Source: an uncultured Melioribacteraceae bacterium
Lineage (GTDB): Bacteria; Bacteroidota; Ignavibacteria; Ignavibacteriales; Melioribacteraceae
DNA length: 64,000 bases
Assembly: GCA_964611145.1 (NCBI GenBank)
Contig: CAZSYM010000008.1
Location: 8,132-72,131, forward strand
Direction: 5' to 3'
In this document: positions 1-8,945 of the stretch, in pieces
Position numbering within the stretch: the first letter of the stretch is position 1
How the letters are laid out: each line of letters begins with the position of its first letter
Notes under the pieces: model-generated
The model's database searches: none
The model's input: the letters and a program-made list of their open reading frames with translations, nothing else
Told to the model about the DNA's origin: nothing
Made by a program: the position numbers and the translations under genes

Positions 1-420
1 ACTTTCGAAGGCGCTCGCGCCGTCGCTAAGGAAGTCCTCGCCTTTTGCCATTTGGATAGCGTAAGCAATATGCCAGCCGGTAGCCTTCCGATTGCGGGAC
101 GTAAACGTCTGGAAATTGCTAAGGCTTTGGCAACTCGCCCTTCGTTGATTCTTCTGGACGAAACCGCCGCGGGACTTAATCCTACGGAGCTGGACGAGGC
201 GATTGATATTATTCGCAAAATACGTGACGAGCTTGGAATCACTATTATTATTGTGGAACATATAATGAAGGTGATAATGAACATAAGCGACAGAATTCAC
301 GCAATAGCTTTTGGTGCTACGATTACGGAAGGTTCGCCTAAAGAGGTTGCTTCCCACCCCACGGTGATTGAAGCTTATCTCGGAACGGACGAAAATTTAC
401 TGGGAGGCAATTATGCTTGA
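1..420 (+). CDS. livG: Branched-chain amino acid ABC transporter ATP-binding protein (LivG-like), 5'-truncated by the window edge
   Basis: Frame 1 is open from nt 1 to the TGA at 418-420. C-terminal half of an ABC ATPase: 'RLEIAKALATRPSLILLDETAAGLNP' (Walker B region), 'IIIVEHIMKV' (H-loop), 'VIEAYLG' tail. A livF-like gene follows and overlaps it. Confidence 0.85.
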   Translation, partial: TFEGARAVAKEVLAFCHLDSVSNMPAGSLPIAGRKRLEIAKALATRPSLILLDETAAGLNPTELDEAIDIIRKIRDELGITIIIVEHIMKVIMNISDRIHAIAFGATITEGSPKEVASHPTVIEAYLGTDENLLGGNYA

Positions 421-1117
421 GCTTAGAAATGTGAATATGAGTTATGGCGATTTGCAAGTCCTTTGGGATGTTTCCTTTGAAGTTAAAAAAGGCGAAATCG
501 TTGTGCTTGTCGGCGCTAACGGAGCGGGGAAATCCTCCACATTAAAAACTATTTCCGGTATCCAAAAAGTGATGTCGGGAGAAATAATCTTTGAAGGAGA
601 GGATTTAACCAAAGTACCGCCTGCGGAAATTATCCAACGCGGTTTGATTCATGTGCCGGAGGCTCGGAGACTCTTCGGGGAAATGACCGTGGAGGAAAAT
701 CTTATAATGGGTTCCCTTTTCGGCGAAGCCAAGCAAAGGCGCAAGGAAACTTTGGAAGAGTGTTACGAGCTTTTCCCTCGATTGCGCGAAAGGCGGAAAC
801 AGCTCGCGGGAACGCTTTCCGGTGGCGAGCAACAAATGGTTGCCGTTGCGCGGGGATTGATGGCTCGCCCGAAACTTTTGATGCTGGACGAACCCAGTTT
901 GGGCTTGGCTCCCGTTCTTGTGCAAGATATATTTGAAATCGTCAAAAGTATTAACAGGCAGGGAATTACGGTTTTGCTTGTCGAACAAAATGTTCAGTCC
1001 ACTCTTCGCTTTTGCGACCGCGCCTACGTGCTCGAAAACGGACGAATCGTGCTTTCGGGAACGGGACAAGAGCTTTTGAACGACGAGCATGTTAAAACCG
1101 CTTATTTGGGCATTTAA
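413..1117 (+). CDS. livF: Branched-chain amino acid ABC transporter ATP-binding protein (LivF-like)
   Basis: Walker A 'GANGAGKSS', signature 'LSGGEQQM', Walker B 'LLMLDEPSLGLAP', 'AYLG' C-terminus. The ATG at 413 overlaps the livG stop by 8 nt. The longer track ORF from 368 is an upstream extension. Confidence 0.9.
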   Translation: MLELRNVNMSYGDLQVLWDVSFEVKKGEIVVLVGANGAGKSSTLKTISGIQKVMSGEIIFEGEDLTKVPPAEIIQRGLIHVPEARRLFGEMTVEENLIMGSLFGEAKQRRKETLEECYELFPRLRERRKQLAGTLSGGEQQMVAVARGLMARPKLLMLDEPSLGLAPVLVQDIFEIVKSINRQGITVLLVEQNVQSTLRFCDRAYVLENGRIVLSGTGQELLNDEHVKTAYLGI

Positions 1118-1131
1118 AAAAGGAGAAAAAG

Positions 1132-1788
1132 ATGCTTGTAAAAAATTGGATGTCTAAAAAAATCGTTACAATTCAACACGACGAAACTATTACGGAGGCG
1201 GTTAATACGCTTAAGAGGAACGGAATTCGAAGACTCCCCGTCTTGAAAGGTGAAAGACTCGTGGGAATTGTTACGGATAGAGATTTGAAAGCCGCAATGC
1301 CTTCGAAAGCTACCTCTCTCGATATATGGGAAGTGCATTATCTTCTTTCGAAAATAAAGGTTAGGGATGTAATGGTCAAAAATCCCATTACCATTAATCC
1401 CGATGCCACGATTGAAAGCGCCGCTATTATAATGCGAGATAAAAAAATCGGTGGTTTGCCCGTTGTGGAGAAAAAGAAATTGGTGGGGATAATCACGGAA
1501 AACGATATTTTCGAGGCGTTGATTCACGTTACCGGTGCACATATTCCAAGTTACCGTGTCTCATTGATTGTTCCCGACCGTACCCGCTCGCTTAAGGAAG
1601 TTTGCGATATTTTGAGTGAATACGATTATAAATGTATTAGCATACTTAGTACTTACGAAAATGTGAGACGTGGCAAGAGGAAAGTGATTCTCCGCTTCCA
1701 AATGGAAAAAAGTAATCTTAAAAAAGTTGCTTCTGCTTTGGAAGAAAAATACGGTGAAATTTTGCTCGTAGATGAGACTAAAAAATAG
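1132..1788 (+). CDS. CBS-pair domain protein with C-terminal ACT-like domain (AcuB-like)
   Basis: Two CBS motifs ('IRRLPVLKGERLVGIVTDRDL', 'IGGLPVVEKKKLVGIITENDI'). AGGAG lies 6-10 nt upstream of the ATG. The ~70-aa C-terminal domain looks regulatory. Confidence 0.75.
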   Translation: MLVKNWMSKKIVTIQHDETITEAVNTLKRNGIRRLPVLKGERLVGIVTDRDLKAAMPSKATSLDIWEVHYLLSKIKVRDVMVKNPITINPDATIESAAIIMRDKKIGGLPVVEKKKLVGIITENDIFEALIHVTGAHIPSYRVSLIVPDRTRSLKEVCDILSEYDYKCISILSTYENVRRGKRKVILRFQMEKSNLKKVASALEEKYGEILLVDETKK

Positions 1789-1794
1789 GAAATG

Positions 1795-1834
1795 ACCGTC
1801 TGCTTCGAGAGAGGCAGACGGTTAATTTTCTTTT
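1795..1834. terminator. Bidirectional intrinsic terminator between convergent genes
   Basis: 9-bp GC-rich stem ACCGTCTGC (1795-1803) / GCAGACGGT (1814-1822). T-run follows on the + strand and A-run precedes it (T-run on the - strand). Confidence 0.8.
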
Positions 1835-3887
1835 AAGTATTAAGAAATCCTTCCGTAAAAGTTACCGTTACTTTCGTTCCCTTGCCTTTTTGGCTTTCGA
1901 TTTTTATTTCCGCTTTGTTCAGTTCGCAATACTTTTTAACAAGTGTCATTCCCAAGCCTGCGCCTTCGAATCTTCGGGAAAATCCGGGTTCTTCCTGGGT
2001 GAAAGGCTCGAAAATTTCATTTAAATAATCGGGAGCAATTCCAATCCCGGTATCCTCTATTTCTACACTTAGTTGTTGTTTTTCGTTTTTGTAGAGGGAA
2101 ATAACAATTTTGCCTGAGTTTGTAAATTTTACTGCGTTATCTAAAAGGTTGGCAAATATTTGATGAACCATATAACGGTCGGCTTTTAAGAGAGGATTTG
2201 GAACAGAAGAATTTAGTTTTATTTCTATATTTTTTTGAGTTGCCTCAAGAGAATACTCTCTTAGAAGTGGTTGCAAGATTTCTTTTTCTAAATCAAAAAT
2301 TTCCTCATGAAAGTCAATATTTCCCGATTCTATTTTTGCTTCGTCAAGTATAAGCCCGATTGTTCTAATCAGTCTTTTGCTGGCGCGTTCTATTGCTTCG
2401 CCACTTGTTTTTGCAAGGTCCGAAGCTGTGTCCCCAAATTCTTCAAGAAGTAATTGAGAAAAATTTACGATTGTATTCAGAGGAGTTCTTATTTCGTGGG
2501 AAATGCGAGCCAAAAACTCCGTTTTTAGTTTGTTCGCTTTTTCTGCTTCTGCTTTTGCGGCTCTCAATTCTTCTATCATTTCCTTTTGGCTGGTAATATC
2601 CTGAAGAACAAGGGCAAAATTCGATAGAACATCGCTCTCGTCAGAAACAGGGAAAGCAACTACCATTGCCCAGAAATCTTCGCCATTTTTCTTTTTATCC
2701 TTGTATTCACCTACCCAAATATCGCCACCTTTTAAGATATCCCGAATTTCCCCTTCTTTATTAATTTCCTCTGTTGTAAAGATATTGGGTTCAGTATCCG
2801 CGATTTCTTCGAGTGTAAAACCTGTTAATTCGGAAAAACCCTTATTTATAAATTCAATCTTTCCCTCTGTGTTGGTTATAATTACCGCTAAGGGACTTTG
2901 CTCAACTATGCTGGTGAATAGTTTTAATTGCGAGATGAGTTTACGTTCTTCTGTAATATCGCGTTCTGAAACGTAAATAAAATTTTTGTTTCTTAGCTGG
3001 AGGAATTTGGCTTTTGCATTTACTACAAATATGCTTCCATCTTTGCAACGGTGATTTAGTTCTGCATGCCCTTCTTTTTTGAGCGCGCTTTTGAGGATGA
3101 ATTTTCTTACTTTGTCGGGCGGGTCGGTATAAAACTCGTAAAAACTTTTTAGTTTTAATTCTTCCGGAGAGTAGCCTAATTTATCCTGCAGACTTTGATT
3201 TATATCATTTAGTTTGATGTCCTCATCAGTCACTTCAAAAAGGAGGAAATAGTCGGTAGCGAAGTGGAAAAGGAACCTAAATTTCTCTTCACTTTCCTTG
3301 AGTTTGATTAAGATTTTTTCTTTTTCGCTTAAGTTTTTATCGAGTTCGTCTTTTTGGTTTTTTAATTCCTCGTGGGACGAGTGAATTGTTTTGAGAGAAT
3401 CTTTCAGAGCATCTTCTCTTTTTAAAGAAGCACGTACTTCTTCTTCGATTAGTCTTTCGACGGTGGAAACTTCCAATGATTTTTCTTCTTCGGGTAAGAA
3501 AAAGGAAACACCGCGACGTCGTAGAAGTGAGATTATTTGAGGGAATAGTTCTTTTATATCTTCCGGGCTGGCTATAAAATAATCTCCTCCCGAGAGAAGT
3601 GTGGAAAATTTACCTTGATTTTTGTCAATTACAGATGAAAAAACTATGACGGGTATTTCTTTTGTTTCCGGTGTTTCCTTTAGACGTTTCAGAATGTCTA
3701 TGCCATTTGGTTCGGGCATGGCGGCATCGAGAAGAATCAAATCTGGTTGTTCCCGTAGGGCGATTTTAAAACCTTCTTCCCCTTGAAGTGCTGAAAATAT
3801 AATAGGATTGCGAAATTTCTTTTTTAAGAAATCGGCAAAAAAGTGAAGTTGTTCACGCCTATCGTCTATAATTAAAAATGTAGGCAT
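1833..3887 (-). CDS. Hybrid sensor histidine kinase: N-terminal receiver (REC), coiled coil, two PAS domains, HisKA, HATPase_c
   Basis: REC with 'DLILLDAAMPEPNG' acceptor-Asp context. PAS-like segments. H-box 'ISHEIRTPLNTI'. N/G boxes 'LLDNAVKFT', 'DTGIGI', 'GAGLGM'. Confidence 0.85.
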   Translation of the reverse strand: MPTFLIIDDRREQLHFFADFLKKKFRNPIIFSALQGEEGFKIALREQPDLILLDAAMPEPNGIDILKRLKETPETKEIPVIVFSSVIDKNQGKFSTLLSGGDYFIASPEDIKELFPQIISLLRRRGVSFFLPEEEKSLEVSTVERLIEEEVRASLKREDALKDSLKTIHSSHEELKNQKDELDKNLSEKEKILIKLKESEEKFRFLFHFATDYFLLFEVTDEDIKLNDINQSLQDKLGYSPEELKLKSFYEFYTDPPDKVRKFILKSALKKEGHAELNHRCKDGSIFVVNAKAKFLQLRNKNFIYVSERDITEERKLISQLKLFTSIVEQSPLAVIITNTEGKIEFINKGFSELTGFTLEEIADTEPNIFTTEEINKEGEIRDILKGGDIWVGEYKDKKKNGEDFWAMVVAFPVSDESDVLSNFALVLQDITSQKEMIEELRAAKAEAEKANKLKTEFLARISHEIRTPLNTIVNFSQLLLEEFGDTASDLAKTSGEAIERASKRLIRTIGLILDEAKIESGNIDFHEEIFDLEKEILQPLLREYSLEATQKNIEIKLNSSVPNPLLKADRYMVHQIFANLLDNAVKFTNSGKIVISLYKNEKQQLSVEIEDTGIGIAPDYLNEIFEPFTQEEPGFSRRFEGAGLGMTLVKKYCELNKAEIKIESQKGKGTKVTVTFTEGFLNT

Positions 3888-3983
3888 TATTCCCTCTCAA
3901 AGTATTAAAAAAAATGCCATGGAAGATAAGACACAATATGTCTTCCTTTTACAAAAGGGGAAATATATTGTTCCCAAAATAAT

Positions 3984-6191
3984 CTATTTGATAGAAGGTA
4001 TTTTTAATGTAAATATCGAACCAATATTTTTCTGGCTTTTTACTTCGAGCTTAATATTACAAAGTTTACAATATTCTTTTACTAATGATAAACCCAGTCC
4101 CACGCCTTCGTAGGGACGTGCATACCCGCCGGGGTCTTCCTGCACGAAATAATCAAAAATATTTTTAAGATTTTTTTCTGAAATTCCTATTCCGGTATCT
4201 GCGATTGTGACAAGAAATTCTTCGTTCCCTATGCTTTCTATTGTTATTGTAACTGTCCCATTTTCTGTGTATTTAATTGCGTTATCGATAAGTTGCTCGA
4301 AAATTTCTTCCAAAGCTTCGAAATCTTGTTTTACGATGTTAGCGGAACTTAATTTTTCTATTTTTATTTTCACATTGTGAGCTTTTGCGTTGCTTTCGAA
4401 TCTCTGAATGATTCTATCGAGTAAGTCCTCGTACATGTCAAAAAGTTGAGGGTTTATTTTGAGCGAGCCACTGGTTAACTCAGAGATTTTCAGCAATATT
4501 TTTGTGGTGCGCCGTAATCGAAAGACAGCCTGCCTTATTCCTTCAACGGCATCGGATATGGCGGGGTTTTCACCTGTTAAGTGGTCCATTATGCTCTGGG
4601 CATTCATGAGTAGCCCGTTTAGAGGAGTATGTATTTCATGTTGTATGAGATTAAGAAAATGCCTTTTCATCTCGTCGGCGTTTTCTAATTCCTTTTGAGC
4701 TGTGAGTAACTCATTTTCTTTAATTTTAAGTCGTTCCAATGTCTTTTTGAGTTGTGTGTTTTCTTCCTCCAGATCTTTGATTTTGGGAGTTATTCGACCT
4801 TCCAATTCCTTTATTTTTTCTTCCAATTTTTCTTTTTCTTCTAAAAATTGGGATATATCTTTAATTGCTCCCATTTGAAAGTATGTTTTAGTTTCTTTAT
4901 TTTCATAAACAATTTGCACCTCCTCGACGTTCGTGAATGTTCCGTTTTTACGACGTATTCTGTATCTACTTATTTTAGGAGTACGTTCATGTTTGAATTC
5001 GGCGAAATTATTGCTGTATTTACTCTTGTCGTCGGGATGCAGTATATTAATCCAATTCTCGATAGTAAAATTTTGAAACTCTTCTTGGCTGTAACCCGTG
5101 ATTTTCTCGATGGCACCACGCCATTGTGTATTTCCGGTAATGAAATTGTGTCTATAAACAATTATCCCGGAAGTTTTTGAAAGTATATTTGTAAGGTCCT
5201 CAAGCTCTTTTAATTCTCTTTTTATTTTCCTTGAACGATAAGTTTGAAAAAGGAAAAAAGAAAAAAGAAAACCCACACCGAGTGCAAAGAAAATGGCAAA
5301 GAAAACTTTTTTGTAGGTTCCCCATTCCGAGTAGATATTGGCGAGGGGTATAGTATCCAAAATTATCCAATAAGTTTTAAACAAAGGAAGCACTGTGTAA
5401 GAAACGAGGATTTCCTTGCCGTTTTTTTGAATAATTTCATATCCGCTGTTGCCTCGAATAAGAGAATGGCTAGCGTTTTTCAATATTTTGTTTATTGTTT
5501 TTTCTCCTACTGGGAGAGTTTTGGTAAAGAGTACAATCGGTTGCCCGATTTGAGAGTTGCGGTGTGAGTATAGAATTGTGCCTTTCGAGGAAAGCAGAAA
5601 AGTGTGTTCATATTCATGTTTTTCTAAGGGGTGCAGAAATTTTCTTGTAAGATTATCGAAAGACAAAAGCATTGATATGCTTCCGTCGTAATTCCCATTG
5701 GGATCAAAAACAGGATAGACAAACGCTATGGCTCTAAAATTTTGTACGGCTTGAAATACATCGCTTATTATGGGTTGATGACCATGCATGACTTCCCAAT
5801 TGTGCCTTTGATATGAAATATCATTGCCGATCACAGATTCTATATATGGTTCCGTGTATTCGATTAATCCGTCTTTTGTTACTCGAGTAATAGCCTTGAG
5901 ATAATCCCTATTGTGTCGATAAAAAACTCGGAGTATCTTTTTGCCGTACGAGTTCATAGCCCGAACATCTTCCATGTCGGAAAAAAACGAAAGCTCGTTG
6001 AAATATCTATCGATAAAGTGTTTTAAGTCGAGGGCGGTGCTTTCGATTTCTTTTTGACGAGCTTGCGCAAACCTCTTTATGCTATCTTCTTTGATTTGCT
6101 TTTGAAGTAGATATGTCCAATAAACCCCCGCTGCAAGGAGTGCAACAACCAATACAAGAATTAAAGATTGCTTGCTTCGGTTTGAGTTCAT
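3984..6191 (-). CDS. Membrane sensor histidine kinase: TM, Cache-like periplasmic domain, TM, PAS, coiled coil, HisKA, HATPase_c
   Basis: N-terminal TM 'LILVLVVALLAAGVYW' and a second TM 'FFAIFFALGVGFLFSFFLF' flank a ~270-aa Cache-like domain. H-box 'IQHEIHTPLNGL'. 'DTGIGI', 'GVGLGLS'. Confidence 0.85.
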   Translation of the reverse strand: MNSNRSKQSLILVLVVALLAAGVYWTYLLQKQIKEDSIKRFAQARQKEIESTALDLKHFIDRYFNELSFFSDMEDVRAMNSYGKKILRVFYRHNRDYLKAITRVTKDGLIEYTEPYIESVIGNDISYQRHNWEVMHGHQPIISDVFQAVQNFRAIAFVYPVFDPNGNYDGSISMLLSFDNLTRKFLHPLEKHEYEHTFLLSSKGTILYSHRNSQIGQPIVLFTKTLPVGEKTINKILKNASHSLIRGNSGYEIIQKNGKEILVSYTVLPLFKTYWIILDTIPLANIYSEWGTYKKVFFAIFFALGVGFLFSFFLFQTYRSRKIKRELKELEDLTNILSKTSGIIVYRHNFITGNTQWRGAIEKITGYSQEEFQNFTIENWINILHPDDKSKYSNNFAEFKHERTPKISRYRIRRKNGTFTNVEEVQIVYENKETKTYFQMGAIKDISQFLEEKEKLEEKIKELEGRITPKIKDLEEENTQLKKTLERLKIKENELLTAQKELENADEMKRHFLNLIQHEIHTPLNGLLMNAQSIMDHLTGENPAISDAVEGIRQAVFRLRRTTKILLKISELTSGSLKINPQLFDMYEDLLDRIIQRFESNAKAHNVKIKIEKLSSANIVKQDFEALEEIFEQLIDNAIKYTENGTVTITIESIGNEEFLVTIADTGIGISEKNLKNIFDYFVQEDPGGYARPYEGVGLGLSLVKEYCKLCNIKLEVKSQKNIGSIFTLKIPSIK

Positions 6192-6396
6192 CGAATTATT
6201 TTTATATTTAACATGACAAATATACGATAAAATTGAGAGTTGGACACTATTTTTTCATACTTTTCTAAGCTTTTGTGGGCGGAATAGCGAAAAAAGAGAC
6301 GAAAGTGTGGTGCTTACGAGCGGTATTCCTCAACAAATTGATTTGCCCTCCTTTCTTTAGTATATTTCAAATCTTATTTTTTTTATTTTTTGGACG

Positions 6397-8931
6397 ATGA
6401 ACAAACTGAAAATTACAATAAAATCGGTTTTATTTTTTTTAATTGCTTCCATTCTTCCCGCTCAAGTTAAGATAATTCAATTGCCCCCCACGGGGCTTTT
6501 AAATTCCGACTTAAACCGGGGAGGCAGAGCTTTCCGTCAAAAAATCCTTCTTGATAAGGGGTGGTTCGTTTACAAAGCAGATTCTCCCGAAAAGAGAACT
6601 AAAGTTCGTGTCCCTTTTGTTTTTGAAAACACGAACGAAATTGTCCTTGAGAGGGAATTTGATTTGGCTCCCGAGCAAAAAGGGAAGAATTTTGTTCTCC
6701 ACGTCTTCGGATTAAACTATTCCGCCGATTTTGTCCTTAACGATGTTACCGTCTATCGACATTCGGGAGGTAAAATTCCCATTGCGTTCAAAGTTCCCTC
6801 TAATGTTTTGAATTTCGGCGGGACGAATACCCTTAAAATCCAAATAAATTTCTCCTTGGCATCCGAAATAACCGTTCCTTCCTCGCAAAGATTTCTTTTT
6901 CCCAAGGAGCACGGAGGAATCTTGGGGGATGTATATTTAAGCGTGTTGCCGCCCGAAGCGTTCGGTGTTCTGCGACTTTCCACAAGGACTTTTTTCAAGA
7001 AGAAAGAAAGCGTGCTTAAATGTCGCTTTGATGTGCTGACAAAGGGCGATTCTACGGAGGAAATCACACCTTCTCTCAAAGTAGTGGCGAAAGTCTCGGA
7101 TTTGAAGGGAAACACTTTGACGGAAAAAAGTTTAAGCGCCCGCAAGGAAAACCTTTTGAATATCCGATTGAAAAACATCGAACTTTGGACACCCCAAAAA
7201 CCCGCCAGATATGCGTTAACTCTCTCGCTTTATAAGGGAGCGAATTTGCTCGATTTTATCTCGAGAGATTTTGCCGTTTACGATTTGAACGTTGACGACA
7301 AAGGAATTTTTCTTAACGGGAAGCCTTTTAGAATTTATGGAACTATCTATTCGCCTCCCGATTTTTCCGTTCTTGACCGTCCCCTTTATGTTGCCGTTAA
7401 AAGGGATTTGAAAATCATACGCGAAAGTGGCTTTAATTTGGTGCGATTCAAATATTCTTATCCTCAACCTTTTGAATTGGAGCTTTGTAATCGACTTGGG
7501 CTTGTTCCCGTTGTGGAAATCCCTTTGCAATTTCCCCCCGATGTTTTTTTGGAAGATCCCGGCTATGTAAAACGGGTTAAGGATATTTTGAAAAGCGTTG
7601 TCTCTTTTTATTCACAATTCGAAAATTTTAAGATTTTAGGATTGGGAAGCTCCTATTTGAATAAGGATGCTACGAATCGGGAGTTTCTTGCGAGTTTGAT
7701 AGCACAAGCAAGCGATAAGGGGTTTTTGAAATTTGCCTCGTTTGTGGATTTCCCAAATCGGGGCGTTGAAGGTCTTGATCTTTACGGAATGGAAATTTAT
7801 GCTGGGAATTTCCGACATTTTTATGAAAATGTTAAAAAGTTGCCCGAGGGTAAAAGAATCTTTATCTCGGAAATTTCTTATCCTCGCATTTACGGTAAAA
7901 CTAACGGTTATTTAAACGATTACTCGGTGGAAGCGCAGGCAAAATATTTTAAGGATTTGATTATAACGGATAAAAGGAATGATGGCAATGGCTTTGTCTT
8001 GAATGCGTTTTATGATTATCGGGGGGATTATGCATCTTTTTATGCTGGCTATGACAAGGAAAATATTTATAAACTGGGATTGGTGAACGAGCTTAGGGAT
8101 TTGCATTCCTATTCGCTTAAAATAATTACCGCTTCGCTTACCGGGAAACGCACGGCTAAAATTCCTATCGGCACGAAAAACAATCGCTCGCCTATTTTGT
8201 TCGTCCTGGCGGGATTGATTTTAGGTGTGATAATGGGCTTACTGTTCAATTCGAAAAGACAATTCAGGGAAGATGCCACCCGCGCTTTGCTTCGTCCGTA
8301 CAATTTTTTTGCGGATATACGGGATCATAGAATTCTTTCCGGTGTGCATACCTTTTTGCTTATGCTTGTTTTGGCGGGAGCCCACGCTCTTTTGATTACG
8401 ATTATTCTTTATTTCCTTCGTATGAATATTCTGTTGGAAAAGATTCTCCTCGCCTTCGATTTGCCGTGGTTGATTAAAAGTTTTAGTTATCTCGCATGGC
8501 ATCCTTTGAACGCTCTTTTTATTCTCTTTTTCCTTTCCGTCCTGCTTTTCTTTTTCTTGGCGGGAATAATCAAATTGGCATCCTTGTCCGTGAAGCAAAT
8601 AGTTTATTTTTCGAATATCTATTTCGTGGTTGTTTGGTCTTTCCTCCCGCTTACGATATTGTTGCCTGTGGAATTGGTGCTGCATAAAATTTTACTTGCC
8701 AATGTGGTGAATGTTTACGTTTATGTTGTATTGGCTTTCTTTTTCTTTTGGATTTTGAAAAGGCTTTTGAGAGGAGTTTATGTTATTTTCGATGTCGCTC
8801 CTGTCAAGGTTTATTTGTGGGGAACTCTTTTGATATTTGTCCTGGCGGGGATTTTGGCGATTTATTTCCAAAGTGCCAGCCAGACTCTCACGTATATTGC
8901 TTCTGCGTTTAGTCAACATCCTGTAATTTAA
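6397..8931 (+). CDS. Secreted GH2-like (sugar-binding jelly-roll, Ig-like, TIM-barrel) domain fused to a C-terminal polytopic membrane domain
   Basis: Signal peptide 'VLFFLIASILPAQ'. GH2-style blocks 'GWFVY..', 'GILGDVYLSVLP', 'FLNGKPFRIYG', 'DLKIIRESGFNLVRF', 'IFISEISYP'. The last ~260 aa contain at least 6 hydrophobic helices. Confidence 0.6.
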   Translation: MNKLKITIKSVLFFLIASILPAQVKIIQLPPTGLLNSDLNRGGRAFRQKILLDKGWFVYKADSPEKRTKVRVPFVFENTNEIVLEREFDLAPEQKGKNFVLHVFGLNYSADFVLNDVTVYRHSGGKIPIAFKVPSNVLNFGGTNTLKIQINFSLASEITVPSSQRFLFPKEHGGILGDVYLSVLPPEAFGVLRLSTRTFFKKKESVLKCRFDVLTKGDSTEEITPSLKVVAKVSDLKGNTLTEKSLSARKENLLNIRLKNIELWTPQKPARYALTLSLYKGANLLDFISRDFAVYDLNVDDKGIFLNGKPFRIYGTIYSPPDFSVLDRPLYVAVKRDLKIIRESGFNLVRFKYSYPQPFELELCNRLGLVPVVEIPLQFPPDVFLEDPGYVKRVKDILKSVVSFYSQFENFKILGLGSSYLNKDATNREFLASLIAQASDKGFLKFASFVDFPNRGVEGLDLYGMEIYAGNFRHFYENVKKLPEGKRIFISEISYPRIYGKTNGYLNDYSVEAQAKYFKDLIITDKRNDGNGFVLNAFYDYRGDYASFYAGYDKENIYKLGLVNELRDLHSYSLKIITASLTGKRTAKIPIGTKNNRSPILFVLAGLILGVIMGLLFNSKRQFREDATRALLRPYNFFADIRDHRILSGVHTFLLMLVLAGAHALLITIILYFLRMNILLEKILLAFDLPWLIKSFSYLAWHPLNALFILFFLSVLLFFFLAGIIKLASLSVKQIVYFSNIYFVVVWSFLPLTILLPVELVLHKILLANVVNVYVYVVLAFFFFWILKRLLRGVYVIFDVAPVKVYLWGTLLIFVLAGILAIYFQSASQTLTYIASAFSQHPVI

Positions 8932-8945
8932 GTAAGGGACGAGAA

